Shown: positions 48,613 through 58,589, numbered from the stretch's first letter. The stretch: 58,721 nt of DNA from an uncultured Candidatus Poseidoniales archaeon (GCA_964389655.1 CAYMED010000018.1:1-58721), one strand, 5' to 3'. The notes: generated by a model from the sequence alone, not told the origin. Translations and numbers: made by a program.

Positions 48613-49560
48613 ATGGCCTTGACTCCGGCGGAGCAGGATTTATCTTGGTCCGAAGTAGCACGGCTTTCAACGAGATATCTGAAAATACCCGCAGTTCTCC
48701 TTTTGGTCGAGATCATCTATCGTTTGCTCACTTTACCCCGGAATACGCTGGCTTGGTTACAAGTTGCTGAGGCACATTTATGGCATTGGGGGAATTTGCT
48801 CTTTTATGGTCCAAATTCGTCAGAATTAGCGCAGCACCGTGGGTGGACAACACGAGTTACTCTCGTCAATCCTGCTTTCCCATCTGAATCAGTCAATCGA
48901 ATTCCACTCTATGTTTCGGATGAATGTGCGGGTGTTCATGAGATCGTATTTTTTGCAGCACTAGTTGCACTCACGGATGGGGTATCTAGCCGAGTCAAGA
49001 GGCGCACGATTTACTGGATGTCAGGCCTTCTTATGTTTCTCAATATGGTCCGTCTTCTTGTTCTCTACCCCATCGCAGTAGCGGGCTGTACCGAATTGCC
49101 AGGTGACCCTAATTGCATATTGCCTATGGAGCAGTTCCATCGTTTTGTCTATGCACAAGGCACTCTAATTCTGCTGGTTGGTATCTGGCTTGTATGGTTC
49201 ATCGCAACTGGTGCTGGCCAAGGGGCCGTTGATTTGTTGCAGGAACCGCCTTCTAGTCGCGCCGTTTTTGTCCGAAGAAAACCTCTTCCAACTTGGTCGA
49301 TTTGCCTTCTATTGCTTTCGGCAGTGCTGTTGGCATGGTCTGCTCAAGGCGTGTATTTGGACGAGGAAGCGGCAAATTTCCAAGCCGAAGCAGATGCCTG
49401 CCTTGAGCGAGCAGAACTATCTCCTAATTGTGCCGAAGTCGAACGGGCGGCAAAAGATGTAGGATGGCGTGCGGCTTCATTAACTGCCATCAGCATTGGT
49501 CTAGTGCCACTTGCCCTCTATCGCTATCATTCTCCAGTTGGGGTGAATGAAGAGGAATAG
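48613..49560 (+). CDS. Exosortase/archaeosortase-family protein with an extra C-terminal TM hairpin
   Basis: VSDECAG (catalytic Cys), NMVRL (Arg), FH (His) in a multi-TM protein. Confidence 0.8.
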   Translation: MALTPAEQDLSWSEVARLSTRYLKIPAVLLLVEIIYRLLTLPRNTLAWLQVAEAHLWHWGNLLFYGPNSSELAQHRGWTTRVTLVNPAFPSESVNRIPLYVSDECAGVHEIVFFAALVALTDGVSSRVKRRTIYWMSGLLMFLNMVRLLVLYPIAVAGCTELPGDPNCILPMEQFHRFVYAQGTLILLVGIWLVWFIATGAGQGAVDLLQEPPSSRAVFVRRKPLPTWSICLLLLSAVLLAWSAQGVYLDEEAANFQAEADACLERAELSPNCAEVERAAKDVGWRAASLTAISIGLVPLALYRYHSPVGVNEEE

Positions 49561-49564
49561 ATGG

Positions 49565-51013
49565 TTACGCAATGTCCCATGCTATGTGGAGTCCCAATTG
49601 TTGTCCTAGAAGGTTTTTGTTCTGTGTTGATTCAATTGCCCAACGAACGACATCTCTATGAATGCCAATTGTAGTCGTATGTGCATCTTGCGTGATAATA
49701 TCGCCAATCGAAATTTCCTCAACCTTCGCGGTTTTTCGGATATAATCTGCGAGATTTCTTATGCTAGCGCCATGCGAGGTTCCGACATTCACTCTTACGG
49801 GTATCATGCCAAAACAATCTGAGATTTCGTCCAAGTCTTCGCGATGAGGGATTACATCATCGCCGGTTGTTTCAGGCACTTTGGTTTGTGAAATTTCTAT
49901 GCCCAAGGTACGCGCGATTGCATCAACATCCCTAAGGTCCTCTCTAGTTGCGATGATCCAAGCGATGCCCTTCTTTGTCATCCGAGCGGTTCTTCCGATC
50001 CGATGTACGTGTGTTTCGGGTTCATTTGCAGGGTGAAAGTTGATGACGACTCCGATGTCTTCGATGTCCAAACCCCTTGCTGCAACATCTGTTGCAACCA
50101 ATATTCTAGGTTTTCCATCACGAAACCCTGTGAGAACTTTCTCTCGGACCGCTTGGCTCATGTCTCCATGAAGTGCGGCTGAACTGATGCCAGCACGTTT
50201 TAGGCGTTCTACTGTTGCGTCAACTGCCCGCTTGGTGTTAGAGAATACGATTGTACGCCGCTTTTCGTGGTCACTTTGCAGAATTCTTGAAAGAGCCCAA
50301 GTACGGTTACGTGCACTGGTAAGTACAAGGTGTTGTTCGACATCGGGTAACTCAATTTCAACGTCGTCGGAAAGGAACTGATCGGGCGTACGCATAATTT
50401 TTGATGCCACTTCAAGAACTTCAAGGGGGAATGTGGCGCTGAAAAGCATTGTTTGGCGAATGGCATTGGTTGATGAGATGATGCGTTCGACATCGGGTAA
50501 AAAGCCCATGTCTAACATTCGATCGGCTTCGTCAAGAACAACACGAATGATACTGCCTAATCTTAGAAAACCGCGTTCTTCGAGGTCAATTGCCCTACCT
50601 GGCGTGGCAACTACGATATCTATCCCCTTCTCCAATGATCGTGCTTGCCCATCAATGCCTGCACCCCCATATACTGCTAGAACTGATGGCCCCTTTTCTC
50701 CTGAAATTTGGCTAATTTCATTTGCCACTTGGATAGCCAATTCCCTCGTGGGAGTCAAAACAAGACTTGTCGGTTCATCATTCGTTTCGGTCTTAGCGAT
50801 GAGTGGTATGCCAAAACCTCCTGTTTTACCGCTACCCGTACGTGCTTGAGCAACAATATCGTTGCCTAGGAGTGCAGAAGGTATGGCATCTGCCTGTACT
50901 CGAGTCGGTTTTTCCCATCCCATTTCAGATAAATTTTCAATCAAGTCGTGGGGTATCCCGAGTTCAGCAAAGGAGTCCTCTGTGAGGATTGATCGGATAG
51001 GGCCCTCGGCCAC
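49565..51013 (-). CDS. DEAD-box RNA helicase with a DbpA-like C-terminal domain
   Basis: Q motif, ARTGSGKT, PTRELA, TPGR, LDEAD, FSAT, LHGD, TDVAARGLD, HRIGRTAR; GAGG SD before GTG 51013. Confidence 0.95.
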   Translation of the reverse strand: MAEGPIRSILTEDSFAELGIPHDLIENLSEMGWEKPTRVQADAIPSALLGNDIVAQARTGSGKTGGFGIPLIAKTETNDEPTSLVLTPTRELAIQVANEISQISGEKGPSVLAVYGGAGIDGQARSLEKGIDIVVATPGRAIDLEERGFLRLGSIIRVVLDEADRMLDMGFLPDVERIISSTNAIRQTMLFSATFPLEVLEVASKIMRTPDQFLSDDVEIELPDVEQHLVLTSARNRTWALSRILQSDHEKRRTIVFSNTKRAVDATVERLKRAGISSAALHGDMSQAVREKVLTGFRDGKPRILVATDVAARGLDIEDIGVVINFHPANEPETHVHRIGRTARMTKKGIAWIIATREDLRDVDAIARTLGIEISQTKVPETTGDDVIPHREDLDEISDCFGMIPVRVNVGTSHGASIRNLADYIRKTAKVEEISIGDIITQDAHTTTIGIHRDVVRWAIESTQNKNLLGQQLGLHIAWDIA

Positions 51014-51023
51014 ATTGATCGCC

Positions 51024-51242
51024 TCAGAATCCCTCTGCTTCGCGGATCTCTTGCTGAAGTTGCCCAAGCCAGTACTTACGGGCATTTTCACGGTTTTGTA
51101 GGCGACGAACTTGAAGCAGATGTTGCATCATTGTCTGTCGAAACTTCAGAGCCTTGGTTCGATTGATGCCCTTTGGAGTCCGACCTTCCCATAGGTCGTC
51201 GAACTGCTTCTCCTTGTCGTCGAAGGGGATCTCTTTGCTCAT
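51024..51242 (-). CDS. Small hypothetical protein (72 aa) overlapping the HEAT gene's 3' end
   Basis: MSKEIPFDDKEKQFDDLWEG...KYWLGQLQQEIREAEGF; globular-looking composition; AAGGT SD; stop falls just before the helicase SD. Confidence 0.65.
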   Translation of the reverse strand: MSKEIPFDDKEKQFDDLWEGRTPKGINRTKALKFRQTMMQHLLQVRRLQNRENARKYWLGQLQQEIREAEGF

Positions 51243-52494
51243 AGTCGACCTTCTGCTCGACCCGGGTAGTCGGTTTGAAGGTATCGAATTTATCATGCAA
51301 CGATCTCTTTTGGTCGAACTCACCTGAGTGGTCATCACTTCCTACTGGTTCTTCAGGCTCTTCAGCAGGCGGCATGTCGAGCGGTGCTAGGCCCAAATTG
51401 CGTTCCCTTTCATCCCCCTCTATCTCGCGATCCTTCGCGATTTCAAGAAGCATTTCGACGATTTCAGGCTCTTTCTCATTGCTTAGAAGTTCGTGAGCGA
51501 AGAGGCGCCCATCTTCGGTCCCGAAGGCTCTGCCAATTGAGCCAATTGCAGTTTTTCTTAATCCTGCATTTGGATGGGTGCATGCGCGCATCAGGAGGGC
51601 GCGTGCCCGGCCCGGTGAAGTCACATCAAACCGAACTAGAGCGCGTGAAATAGCTGAAACAACCCTTGGCTCATCATCGTTTATCGAGCGTTCACAAAGC
51701 AACAGGGCAATATCAGGCGCAGAATTTGCCAACCGAACAATGACGGGTGCGACTCTTCCGCGAACTTCTGCATCTTCATCTTCAAGTGCCCATGCAATAA
51801 CATCCCAAGCAGCCCCACTACGATGCCCATGAATTTTTACTAGGAGGGATGCGAGCGAACGCCGTGGTTTAGGGTCCTCTTCTCTGAGAATCTCATCAGC
51901 ATGTTCGAGGAAGACCTCTGGCCAATCTTGAATCAGAAGTTCAAGTCCTGCCCAAGCTGCTTTCCGCATCGTCTCGGAATCAGATCTTAGTGCTCTTTTC
52001 ATGGTCTCAGCAGCACCAGAGGGGTGTGATCTGATCAATTGGCGGAGAGTTTCAGCAGCCTGTTTTCTAACTATTTCGTGATCGTCTTCAAGCCTGACAT
52101 CAAGGGCAATTGCGAGCCCATCAAATACGCGCGCAGCACAAACCGGCAATGCGCGCAAAGAAGATAGTCTAATGTCGACATCAGGATCATCGATTGACTC
52201 AACAAGGATCTTGTTGGCGACATTTGCCATATTTCCGGTTAGTCTTGAAAGTGCCCTCACTCCGTGTTTCCGTTCCATTATGTATGGCTCTTCATTGTAA
52301 TGAACTGTGAAGGGCTGTAACTTTCCTGATGCTAAGGGCGCTATTTTGTCATATGGTATGGACATCCATGGACCAATATCGGGTTCTTTGAGTGTGGCAC
52401 GCCTCTGTCTTCTCCGGCCCGAATGAAGTGGTTTTCCTGTCCGGGGGTGTCGGACAACGTATGGCTCGTCCACGGCCGCGGCATGCTGGGTCAA
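51088..52494 (-). CDS. HEAT-repeat protein
   Basis: Repeated L.D.D..VR..A..AL units (DPDVDIR, DDHEIVR, DEDAEVR, DDEPRVV). Confidence 0.85.
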   Translation of the reverse strand: MTQHAAAVDEPYVVRHPRTGKPLHSGRRRQRRATLKEPDIGPWMSIPYDKIAPLASGKLQPFTVHYNEEPYIMERKHGVRALSRLTGNMANVANKILVESIDDPDVDIRLSSLRALPVCAARVFDGLAIALDVRLEDDHEIVRKQAAETLRQLIRSHPSGAAETMKRALRSDSETMRKAAWAGLELLIQDWPEVFLEHADEILREEDPKPRRSLASLLVKIHGHRSGAAWDVIAWALEDEDAEVRGRVAPVIVRLANSAPDIALLLCERSINDDEPRVVSAISRALVRFDVTSPGRARALLMRACTHPNAGLRKTAIGSIGRAFGTEDGRLFAHELLSNEKEPEIVEMLLEIAKDREIEGDERERNLGLAPLDMPPAEEPEEPVGSDDHSGEFDQKRSLHDKFDTFKPTTRVEQKVDYEQRDPLRRQGEAVRRPMGRSDSKGHQSNQGSEVSTDNDATSASSSSPTKP

Positions 52495-52556
52495 CTACAT
52501 CACCTCTTTGGCTTGCTGTTTTTTTGACGAACTCACCGCTAATTCACCCTCACTAG

Positions 52557-52638
52557 TGCGGGGGGCTGGATTTGAACCTGCAAACTCCTTGAGACTAGGA
52601 TCTGAACCTAGAGCCTTGACCAAGTTGGGCGACCCCGC
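52557..52638 (-). tRNA. tRNA-Leu(CAG), with acceptor- and T-stem imperfections
   Basis: Minus strand: GCGGGG TC GCCC..TGGTCAAGGC, CTAGG-TTCAGAT-CCTAG, variable arm CTC-AAG-GAG, GGTTCAAATCC, CCCCCGCA. Confidence 0.85.
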
Positions 52639-52795
52639 TGCGATTGATCGGAGATTCCTAGTGTGATGAAACTTCGCGCTAATCAATTCTTAGGTGGCCA
52701 TTGTGCCACATATTCCTCCTCTTCTGAAGTGAACATCGCTTCAGGTTCTGGAGCATGACTAGGTACCACCGGAAATATCTCTAATTTGCTAACGC

Positions 52796-53248
52796 TCACT
52801 TGCCGCTGCGAACCCCGATAATGACTCCAACAAGCCCAAGGAAACATACCCCTTCGGAGAACATTGTAAATGCGAATTCCCTTGTCTCGATTGTAGGATA
52901 TTTCTCCAGAGTGATATCGTGACTTGAAGAAACGGTGAATTCGCCAGTTGAATTCGGTTGAACATAACCCAGGTAGATCTTGTCATCCCTATTCTGGCAT
53001 GCCACTTTGAACTGATCTCCATTTCCATCATTAACAGTTACGTTGACTCCTGAGCAATGTTCCGGTGCTTCGGAATTGCTGTCGCTTTCTGTGAGAAAAA
53101 CAGAGTAGTTCTGGCCTTCATCAAGGTTCACATTCCCTTTTTTCCCTACGAACGTGTGCTCAAGGAGCACGCTGAAATATGCGGCTGAAAGAAGCCCTCC
53201 TAGCATCAAGATGCCGGAAATGACCGTGATGGCGTTGATTCTCGCCAT
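52796..53248 (-). CDS. Hypothetical membrane protein (TM-beta domain-TM)
   Basis: MARINAITVISGILMLGG..., C-terminal TM; start inferred. Confidence 0.6.
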   Translation of the reverse strand: MARINAITVISGILMLGGLLSAAYFSVLLEHTFVGKKGNVNLDEGQNYSVFLTESDSNSEAPEHCSGVNVTVNDGNGDQFKVACQNRDDKIYLGYVQPNSTGEFTVSSSHDITLEKYPTIETREFAFTMFSEGVCFLGLVGVIIGVRSGK

Positions 53249-53551
53249 TACATATCGCACATATGAGTCACATTTGTGCTTGACGGAAAGAAAATCGCAT
53301 TCATGCTGCAACGTGATGGCTGACTTGGCGGATCTTTTGGAGACTCTACCCGAGGCACTGAGTCAAAATGACGGGGGTGGGCCGTTTCCTTACCCACAAG
53401 ATACCGTCCCCAACACGTACCCAACACCGCACCTCAACCGTACCTATTGGAAATGTTACCGGGGTTGTACCGCCGGTACCCATGCAACCGCATACGATAC
53501 AGAGGGCCCCCCTTGCGATTTTTTCAATAATAATGGGCATATACCACTAAC

Positions 53552-54553
53552 ATGACAGGGGGTTTTCCAGCGATTCAAGATGCAGAGAGAAAAACCACAG
53601 GATGGGTAATACGTTGGTTTTTTATCTGGGCAATAATCATTAATGGATACTTGTATTTCTGTTATTTATACGCATATTCAATAAGTGACTTTTGCTTTTT
53701 CCCACTAGGGTTTATGTTGCTGATTTTTATTCCTTTTGCAATATTAGGTGATGTTTACATATTTTGGAATACTGTTTTGACTGTTCTCGGGGTTAGAATT
53801 TGCGTCCAAAATAAAGTGGGACAACTGGAGGATGGGAGGGCAGTTAACAGAGTATCATTTATTGGGAAAAAAGGTTCAATTCATACAGTTGGTTTAGATG
53901 ATGGAAATGAAGGCCAGCAGATGATTTTTCTTTTCATCGCTATTGCACTTGGATTTGGAGGAATTGCATTGGCAATTATCCAAGTGATATTTGAAGAATT
54001 GGATATAACAACAAATACCTATTCACTAGTTATTTTTGTCGCCTCGATACTTTTTGGTGGGATTTATGTATATTTCTTAACTAGCGAAGGTTTTTCTTTA
54101 AAGGCCGAAACAAAATTTGAGGGTTCAGTTTTCACTGTTGGAATAATAGGGGCAACTATTCTTGCTTTCCTCGCCATACAATCTATTGTGAAATTTATCG
54201 TACTTCAAATCGTAAATAGCATTGAAGGATATATTATGTTTGTTTCAATTCTTCCGATAGTTATTATCAGCATAGTAATAATTATATGGCGTAATAGGAT
54301 TTTTTATTCAGTAATAGACATGTGGATCGATGTTCTTGAAGGTAATATGAAGGCCCGCTCGGGTGAATCAAAAAATCGTTTTCGACGGCTATTTACAGCA
54401 ATAAAAAACAGAAACAAGATCTCGGATTTTCATCCTAAATCCTCCCAACCTACTGTAGTCCAGCAATGGACAGATGAAGCAGGTCATACTTGGAGAACAA
54501 TGGACGATGGAACTACCATGTGGTGGAATGGAACAGATTGGCAGCTAGCCTGA
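53552..54553 (+). CDS. AT-rich polytopic membrane protein with a C-terminal Trp-rich mini-domain
   Basis: About 6 TM; tail QQWTDEAGHTWRTMDDGTTMWWNGTDWQ. Confidence 0.75.
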   Translation: MTGGFPAIQDAERKTTGWVIRWFFIWAIIINGYLYFCYLYAYSISDFCFFPLGFMLLIFIPFAILGDVYIFWNTVLTVLGVRICVQNKVGQLEDGRAVNRVSFIGKKGSIHTVGLDDGNEGQQMIFLFIAIALGFGGIALAIIQVIFEELDITTNTYSLVIFVASILFGGIYVYFLTSEGFSLKAETKFEGSVFTVGIIGATILAFLAIQSIVKFIVLQIVNSIEGYIMFVSILPIVIISIVIIIWRNRIFYSVIDMWIDVLEGNMKARSGESKNRFRRLFTAIKNRNKISDFHPKSSQPTVVQQWTDEAGHTWRTMDDGTTMWWNGTDWQLA

Positions 54554-54780
54554 GCATCCTACGCAGAAGGCTATAGCAGTGACTAAGGTGGGAAAAAATC
54601 TGAGTATGAAATAATCGAATATGGATAGTTCGTATGGGTATATCCGAATACCCTTTCGAATAGAATATCTGTTTTCATGGGCTTTGCGTGGGCCATTCTA
54701 GACGCTACCGACGCGTGTAATTCTCATGCAAGGGTGTACAGAGGTTTGCAGCAAGTAGGAGTTAAACTACAAGAACTCAA

Positions 54781-55080
54781 TCATCGTCTTTTTTTGCTGT
54801 TTTTGACTTCCACCCTACCGGAAAGTAAGAAAAAAATGCTACTACCGCCAAGGATTGTTGAAAGAATTTCTACAGCATTAATGTGGGATCTTAATTCTTC
54901 GCAATTACCATCCCAATCAAGGAATGTTTCCATAATTTCTCCGCAAAATGTGTCATGTTTTTCTTGAAGTTCTCTGGATTCGGAATGACCGCCTATTGCG
55001 CCTAAAATTAAGAATAAACCGATCACCATCTTCAGATATCCTTTGACTTGCCCCACAAAATCAACCCAATACTTTAGCAA
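54781..55080 (-). CDS. Small 2-TM protein with a Cys-pair loop
   Basis: TM, helix, C-x13-C, helix, TM, basic tail. Confidence 0.5.
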   Translation of the reverse strand: MLKYWVDFVGQVKGYLKMVIGLFLILGAIGGHSESRELQEKHDTFCGEIMETFLDWDGNCEELRSHINAVEILSTILGGSSIFFLLSGRVEVKNSKKRR

Positions 55081-55272
55081 AGTTAACTTATCCTAAGAAT
55101 TGTTGAACTCAAGAATCTAACAGAACACCCTCAATTTTTGAACAAACTTTCACACCGTCTCTTGTGGGTTGATACAGACAACCGACACATCATTTCCACG
55201 AAATCACTCACTTCTTCTATTCATTTAACTGAATTTAGATATGCTTAAGCCATTGGAAAAAGTCGCTTTTCC

Positions 55273-55776
55273 GTGGCTGGAAGAAGCAAGCGGGTTGATC
55301 CGCCGAAAATGCCCAAGGCTAAACGTCGTTCATATGGTGTCGATTGGATCGAAATTATGGTAGGCGTGTTACTCTCTGTATCGCTAGTCACTTTGATCCT
55401 CTTGGCGGTTGATTTCCAGTCATTAATCCTGAAGGAGATCTCTCCCAATTCCGTTGCATTGTGGGGACTCATTGGATTAATAGTTGGATGTGGCGTTGTG
55501 ATTTTCAAATTTGATAGGGCCGCTATAAAGCGTGAAGCTGAAGAATACAAGATCAGGATGGATAATTACACATCTTGGAGAGATGATAAACGCGAAAATG
55601 CGCGCTTGGAATTAGAGATCCAGCGTATGCAAGTTGAGCAAGGGATTGCTCCGGGGCAGAGTATCATTGCAATCCCACCGGGTGAACAAGCAATCGTTGT
55701 TAGCGCAGGTACTGAAGAAAAAAAGGTAGAAGATAGCGCGAATGATGATTCTACAAGTAGCGATTCTGATGAATGA
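55273..55776 (+). CDS. Hypothetical 2-TM protein with a coiled-coil/acidic tail
   Basis: 167-aa ORF with two hydrophobic helices. Confidence 0.6.
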   Translation: MAGRSKRVDPPKMPKAKRRSYGVDWIEIMVGVLLSVSLVTLILLAVDFQSLILKEISPNSVALWGLIGLIVGCGVVIFKFDRAAIKREAEEYKIRMDNYTSWRDDKRENARLELEIQRMQVEQGIAPGQSIIAIPPGEQAIVVSAGTEEKKVEDSANDDSTSSDSDE

Positions 55777-55923
55777 AAATTATTCACAGTACGGATGATG
55801 CATAAATGGTGCAAAAGTGCTGCAATCTGAAACTTCGTTTATCGCTCACTGCACGAAAATTTAGGCGTTTCCGCACATTTAATTATATAGCGACCATGGC
55901 ATCGTTGACTGATTGCCATGCAG

Positions 55924-56499
55924 ATGTCTCCATTCGAGTTCATCACCATCTTCGGTTCGTTGATAGTCGGTTTGGCTCTCACGCATATTTTCTGTGCAGT
56001 GTCTGATCTGTACGAGATTCGCAAGCGGGTCAAGACTTACTGGCTCAACTCGCTTTGGGTGGTCACTGTAACCATGTGGTCTATTTTCACATGGTGGGGA
56101 CTCTGGGAACTTTCCCTTGAAATGAAGTCGTGGCATTATTCTCAATACTGGTTCCTTGTCATGAATCTATCATCCATTTATTTCTTCACAACTCTAGTAT
56201 TACCAAAAGCAACAGACGAAGGGGATATCGACTTGGAAAACCACTACTATTCGGTTCACCGGGCATTTTTCTCGATTGTAGCATTCTCTCTCTTTACCAC
56301 AGTTGCAGTCAATTACTCACTATTCGGAAAACCGATGATTTCTGATATGACAATCATGCCATTCATTGTAGGGTGTGCTGCAGTAGGTGCTGCAATCACC
56401 GACTCCAAAAAATACCATAAGTTCATTGGAATCTTCATGTTCTTGATGTTCATAGCATTCCAACTGCTTGACAACACTGTGATCGAGTACACCCCTTGA
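55924..56499 (+). CDS. Hypothetical polytopic membrane protein
   Basis: MSPFEFITIFGSLIVGLAL..WW..W..P...DL..HYY; about 6 TM. Confidence 0.7.
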   Translation: MSPFEFITIFGSLIVGLALTHIFCAVSDLYEIRKRVKTYWLNSLWVVTVTMWSIFTWWGLWELSLEMKSWHYSQYWFLVMNLSSIYFFTTLVLPKATDEGDIDLENHYYSVHRAFFSIVAFSLFTTVAVNYSLFGKPMISDMTIMPFIVGCAAVGAAITDSKKYHKFIGIFMFLMFIAFQLLDNTVIEYTP

Positions 56500-56583
56500 A
56501 CCATTCAATAAATCTCAATGGGCACTGGCTGAAGCACGGGCGTTTCAGAGAGCTCCCATCCGAACGGAGCAGAAACCCTTCGT

Positions 56584-56994
56584 TTAGTCACTAAATCGAT
56601 TAAATGATGCTTCGTTCAAGCTAACGTTTTTCCTAACAGCCAAGAAAACTTTAATCACAAAAAATATGATCGGTATGATTGTAAATGAACTGATAAATAT
56701 GAGAATTCCCACAGCATAAGGAATTTCCCAGAACCCCTCAAAGAAGGGTAAAATACTTGCAGAAATTGCAGATGTCAATGTGATCACCACGACTGCAATG
56801 AGTGATAATTTCCTGTGGAAGACCTCATCCAGAATGTTCTGTATAAGATAAGGCCAATTCACTTTTGGATCAGTATCATGACCTCGCGTTTCAAGACCTT
56901 TTGCTTGGGTGCTGATTTCTTCCCAATTAATGTCTATATTTCCCTCGGAATAAGATATTAAGCAATGTTGAACGAAACCAGAGAAATTTGGCAT
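56584..56994 (-). CDS. Hypothetical membrane protein (possibly a fragment)
   Basis: 136-aa ORF with two C-terminal TM helices; AT-rich. Confidence 0.45.
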   Translation of the reverse strand: MPNFSGFVQHCLISYSEGNIDINWEEISTQAKGLETRGHDTDPKVNWPYLIQNILDEVFHRKLSLIAVVVITLTSAISASILPFFEGFWEIPYAVGILIFISSFTIIPIIFFVIKVFLAVRKNVSLNEASFNRFSD

Positions 56995-57218
56995 TTCTTT
57001 CGTAATGATGTTCAGACTTTCATCAATTAAAATGGTCTTGTTTCATTTTTCAATCCCCAGTAACAGTGTACTGGCCGAGACATATAAACTCCAAATCTGA
57101 AAAATTAGAGCTTGAAGAGAAATAAGACTCTACCACTGTTGTCAACCCTAGCGCAAACCTCCGTGACACCGCCCTGAAAGGCGTGGGAACCAAATAGCCC
57201 AACAACTCTCGAAGGAAC

Positions 57219-58589
57219 GTGAAGACGATAGGCGAATATTATGCTGAGGCGTTCACTGCAGAGGAACAATTTGGCATTGGCATGGTGTCAAATTGGCTCA
57301 GCCTGATTGTTTTTTTGTGGTTAGTAAGTCTTGCATTTCTGATAATTCGTGCTAATCCAAAAGCCAACGAAAATCGTTTCATGGCTTTACTAATCACTTG
57401 TGAAGGATTCAAGGCGGCTTTCCATATGAAGAACATCACTCCAGGTGGACACGATTGGTGGTTTATTGATCAATATCTTTGGAATTTCAATACCACATTT
57501 TTCATTTCAGCACACGTTTGTTCGGTATTGATGTATATCTGTTTTCCAATCTATTATCGTGTTAATCAACTTTCATTTCTATACAAACCGGTCTTCCAAA
57601 GGCATGCGTGGTATGTCATACCTCTATTGACGATGATGTTCATGATCATTGCAACAGATCTCTGGGTGTACGAACATTATGCATGGATTGTCTGTTCAGA
57701 AGTGGGCGCACAACCTGAGGTTATTTCACAATGGGGAGCAACCTTAACTCCATCAATGCAGGAGGCGGTTGATTCAGTCGGAAATTGTCCAGTCATTGGC
57801 GAATGGGCAATCGAAAAGACACCAGTATTCGGCTTCTTTATGGTAGCCCTCTCTCCATTCATATCAATCATAGCACTGATTGTCATGCGAACTTCAATGA
57901 AGCAATACAAGAATGAAGAAAATTCTGCTTCAAGCAATAGTCTGACTTCTCGATCTCTGTATATCGGATTCCTCGGTAAGGTCATTGGCTCCATGATATT
58001 CTTCATCACTCTCTTCGTCATCATCCCGGCATTAAATGGTGGAACTCTACCAAATCTCGGAGATAGCATCATCAATGAATTAGAAAACCCCAGAGAATTA
58101 AAGGTAGTTTTGACAAAGTATGCTTGGATACTTACAGGCCTCATGATTCCGATACCTTTTGCATTTGAGGGTATGATGTTCGCTCATGCATCGCTAAAAG
58201 ATACTGTTCTTGGTATTGATTCAAAGCTTAGACGCACATTTCGCAACTCTATTTTCACCGGTATAGGAGCAGTATTATTCCTAGTTGGAAGTGAAGTTAT
58301 GGAATCTTTCCTTGGGTATGGAGCAATTGGGGGAATCTTGCTAGGGGCAGGAATCTTGGTTATTCGTAAACCAATCGTTTCTACTATAGATCGATTCAGC
58401 AATAAGATTCTACCCTCGGCATACAGTGATTCTGAAATCGCATACATACAAGCCTATTCTGCAGCAGGCGCAGATGGAGTAATCACCGAGGCCGAACGAA
58501 GGGTTTTGGCTGCTACCGCCAGTGCTCTGAATATCTCAGCAGAGAAAGCAACAGAACTCGAACAAGCCTTTGATTCTGAAGAAGAGTAA
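57219..58589 (+). CDS. Multi-TM (~9) receptor-like protein with a C-terminal TerB/DjlA-like helical motif
   Basis: First helix ends IIRANPK..ENRF (HisKA_7TM-like start); extracellular Cys pair; tail AADGVITEAERRVL..LNIS. Confidence 0.75.
   Translation: MKTIGEYYAEAFTAEEQFGIGMVSNWLSLIVFLWLVSLAFLIIRANPKANENRFMALLITCEGFKAAFHMKNITPGGHDWWFIDQYLWNFNTTFFISAHVCSVLMYICFPIYYRVNQLSFLYKPVFQRHAWYVIPLLTMMFMIIATDLWVYEHYAWIVCSEVGAQPEVISQWGATLTPSMQEAVDSVGNCPVIGEWAIEKTPVFGFFMVALSPFISIIALIVMRTSMKQYKNEENSASSNSLTSRSLYIGFLGKVIGSMIFFITLFVIIPALNGGTLPNLGDSIINELENPRELKVVLTKYAWILTGLMIPIPFAFEGMMFAHASLKDTVLGIDSKLRRTFRNSIFTGIGAVLFLVGSEVMESFLGYGAIGGILLGAGILVIRKPIVSTIDRFSNKILPSAYSDSEIAYIQAYSAAGADGVITEAERRVLAATASALNISAEKATELEQAFDSEEE

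Noticed and set aside
53154-53555. 133-aa plus-strand ORF as a real gene
   Set aside because: Overlaps an opposite-strand gene and runs through a palindromic element; no recognisable protein features
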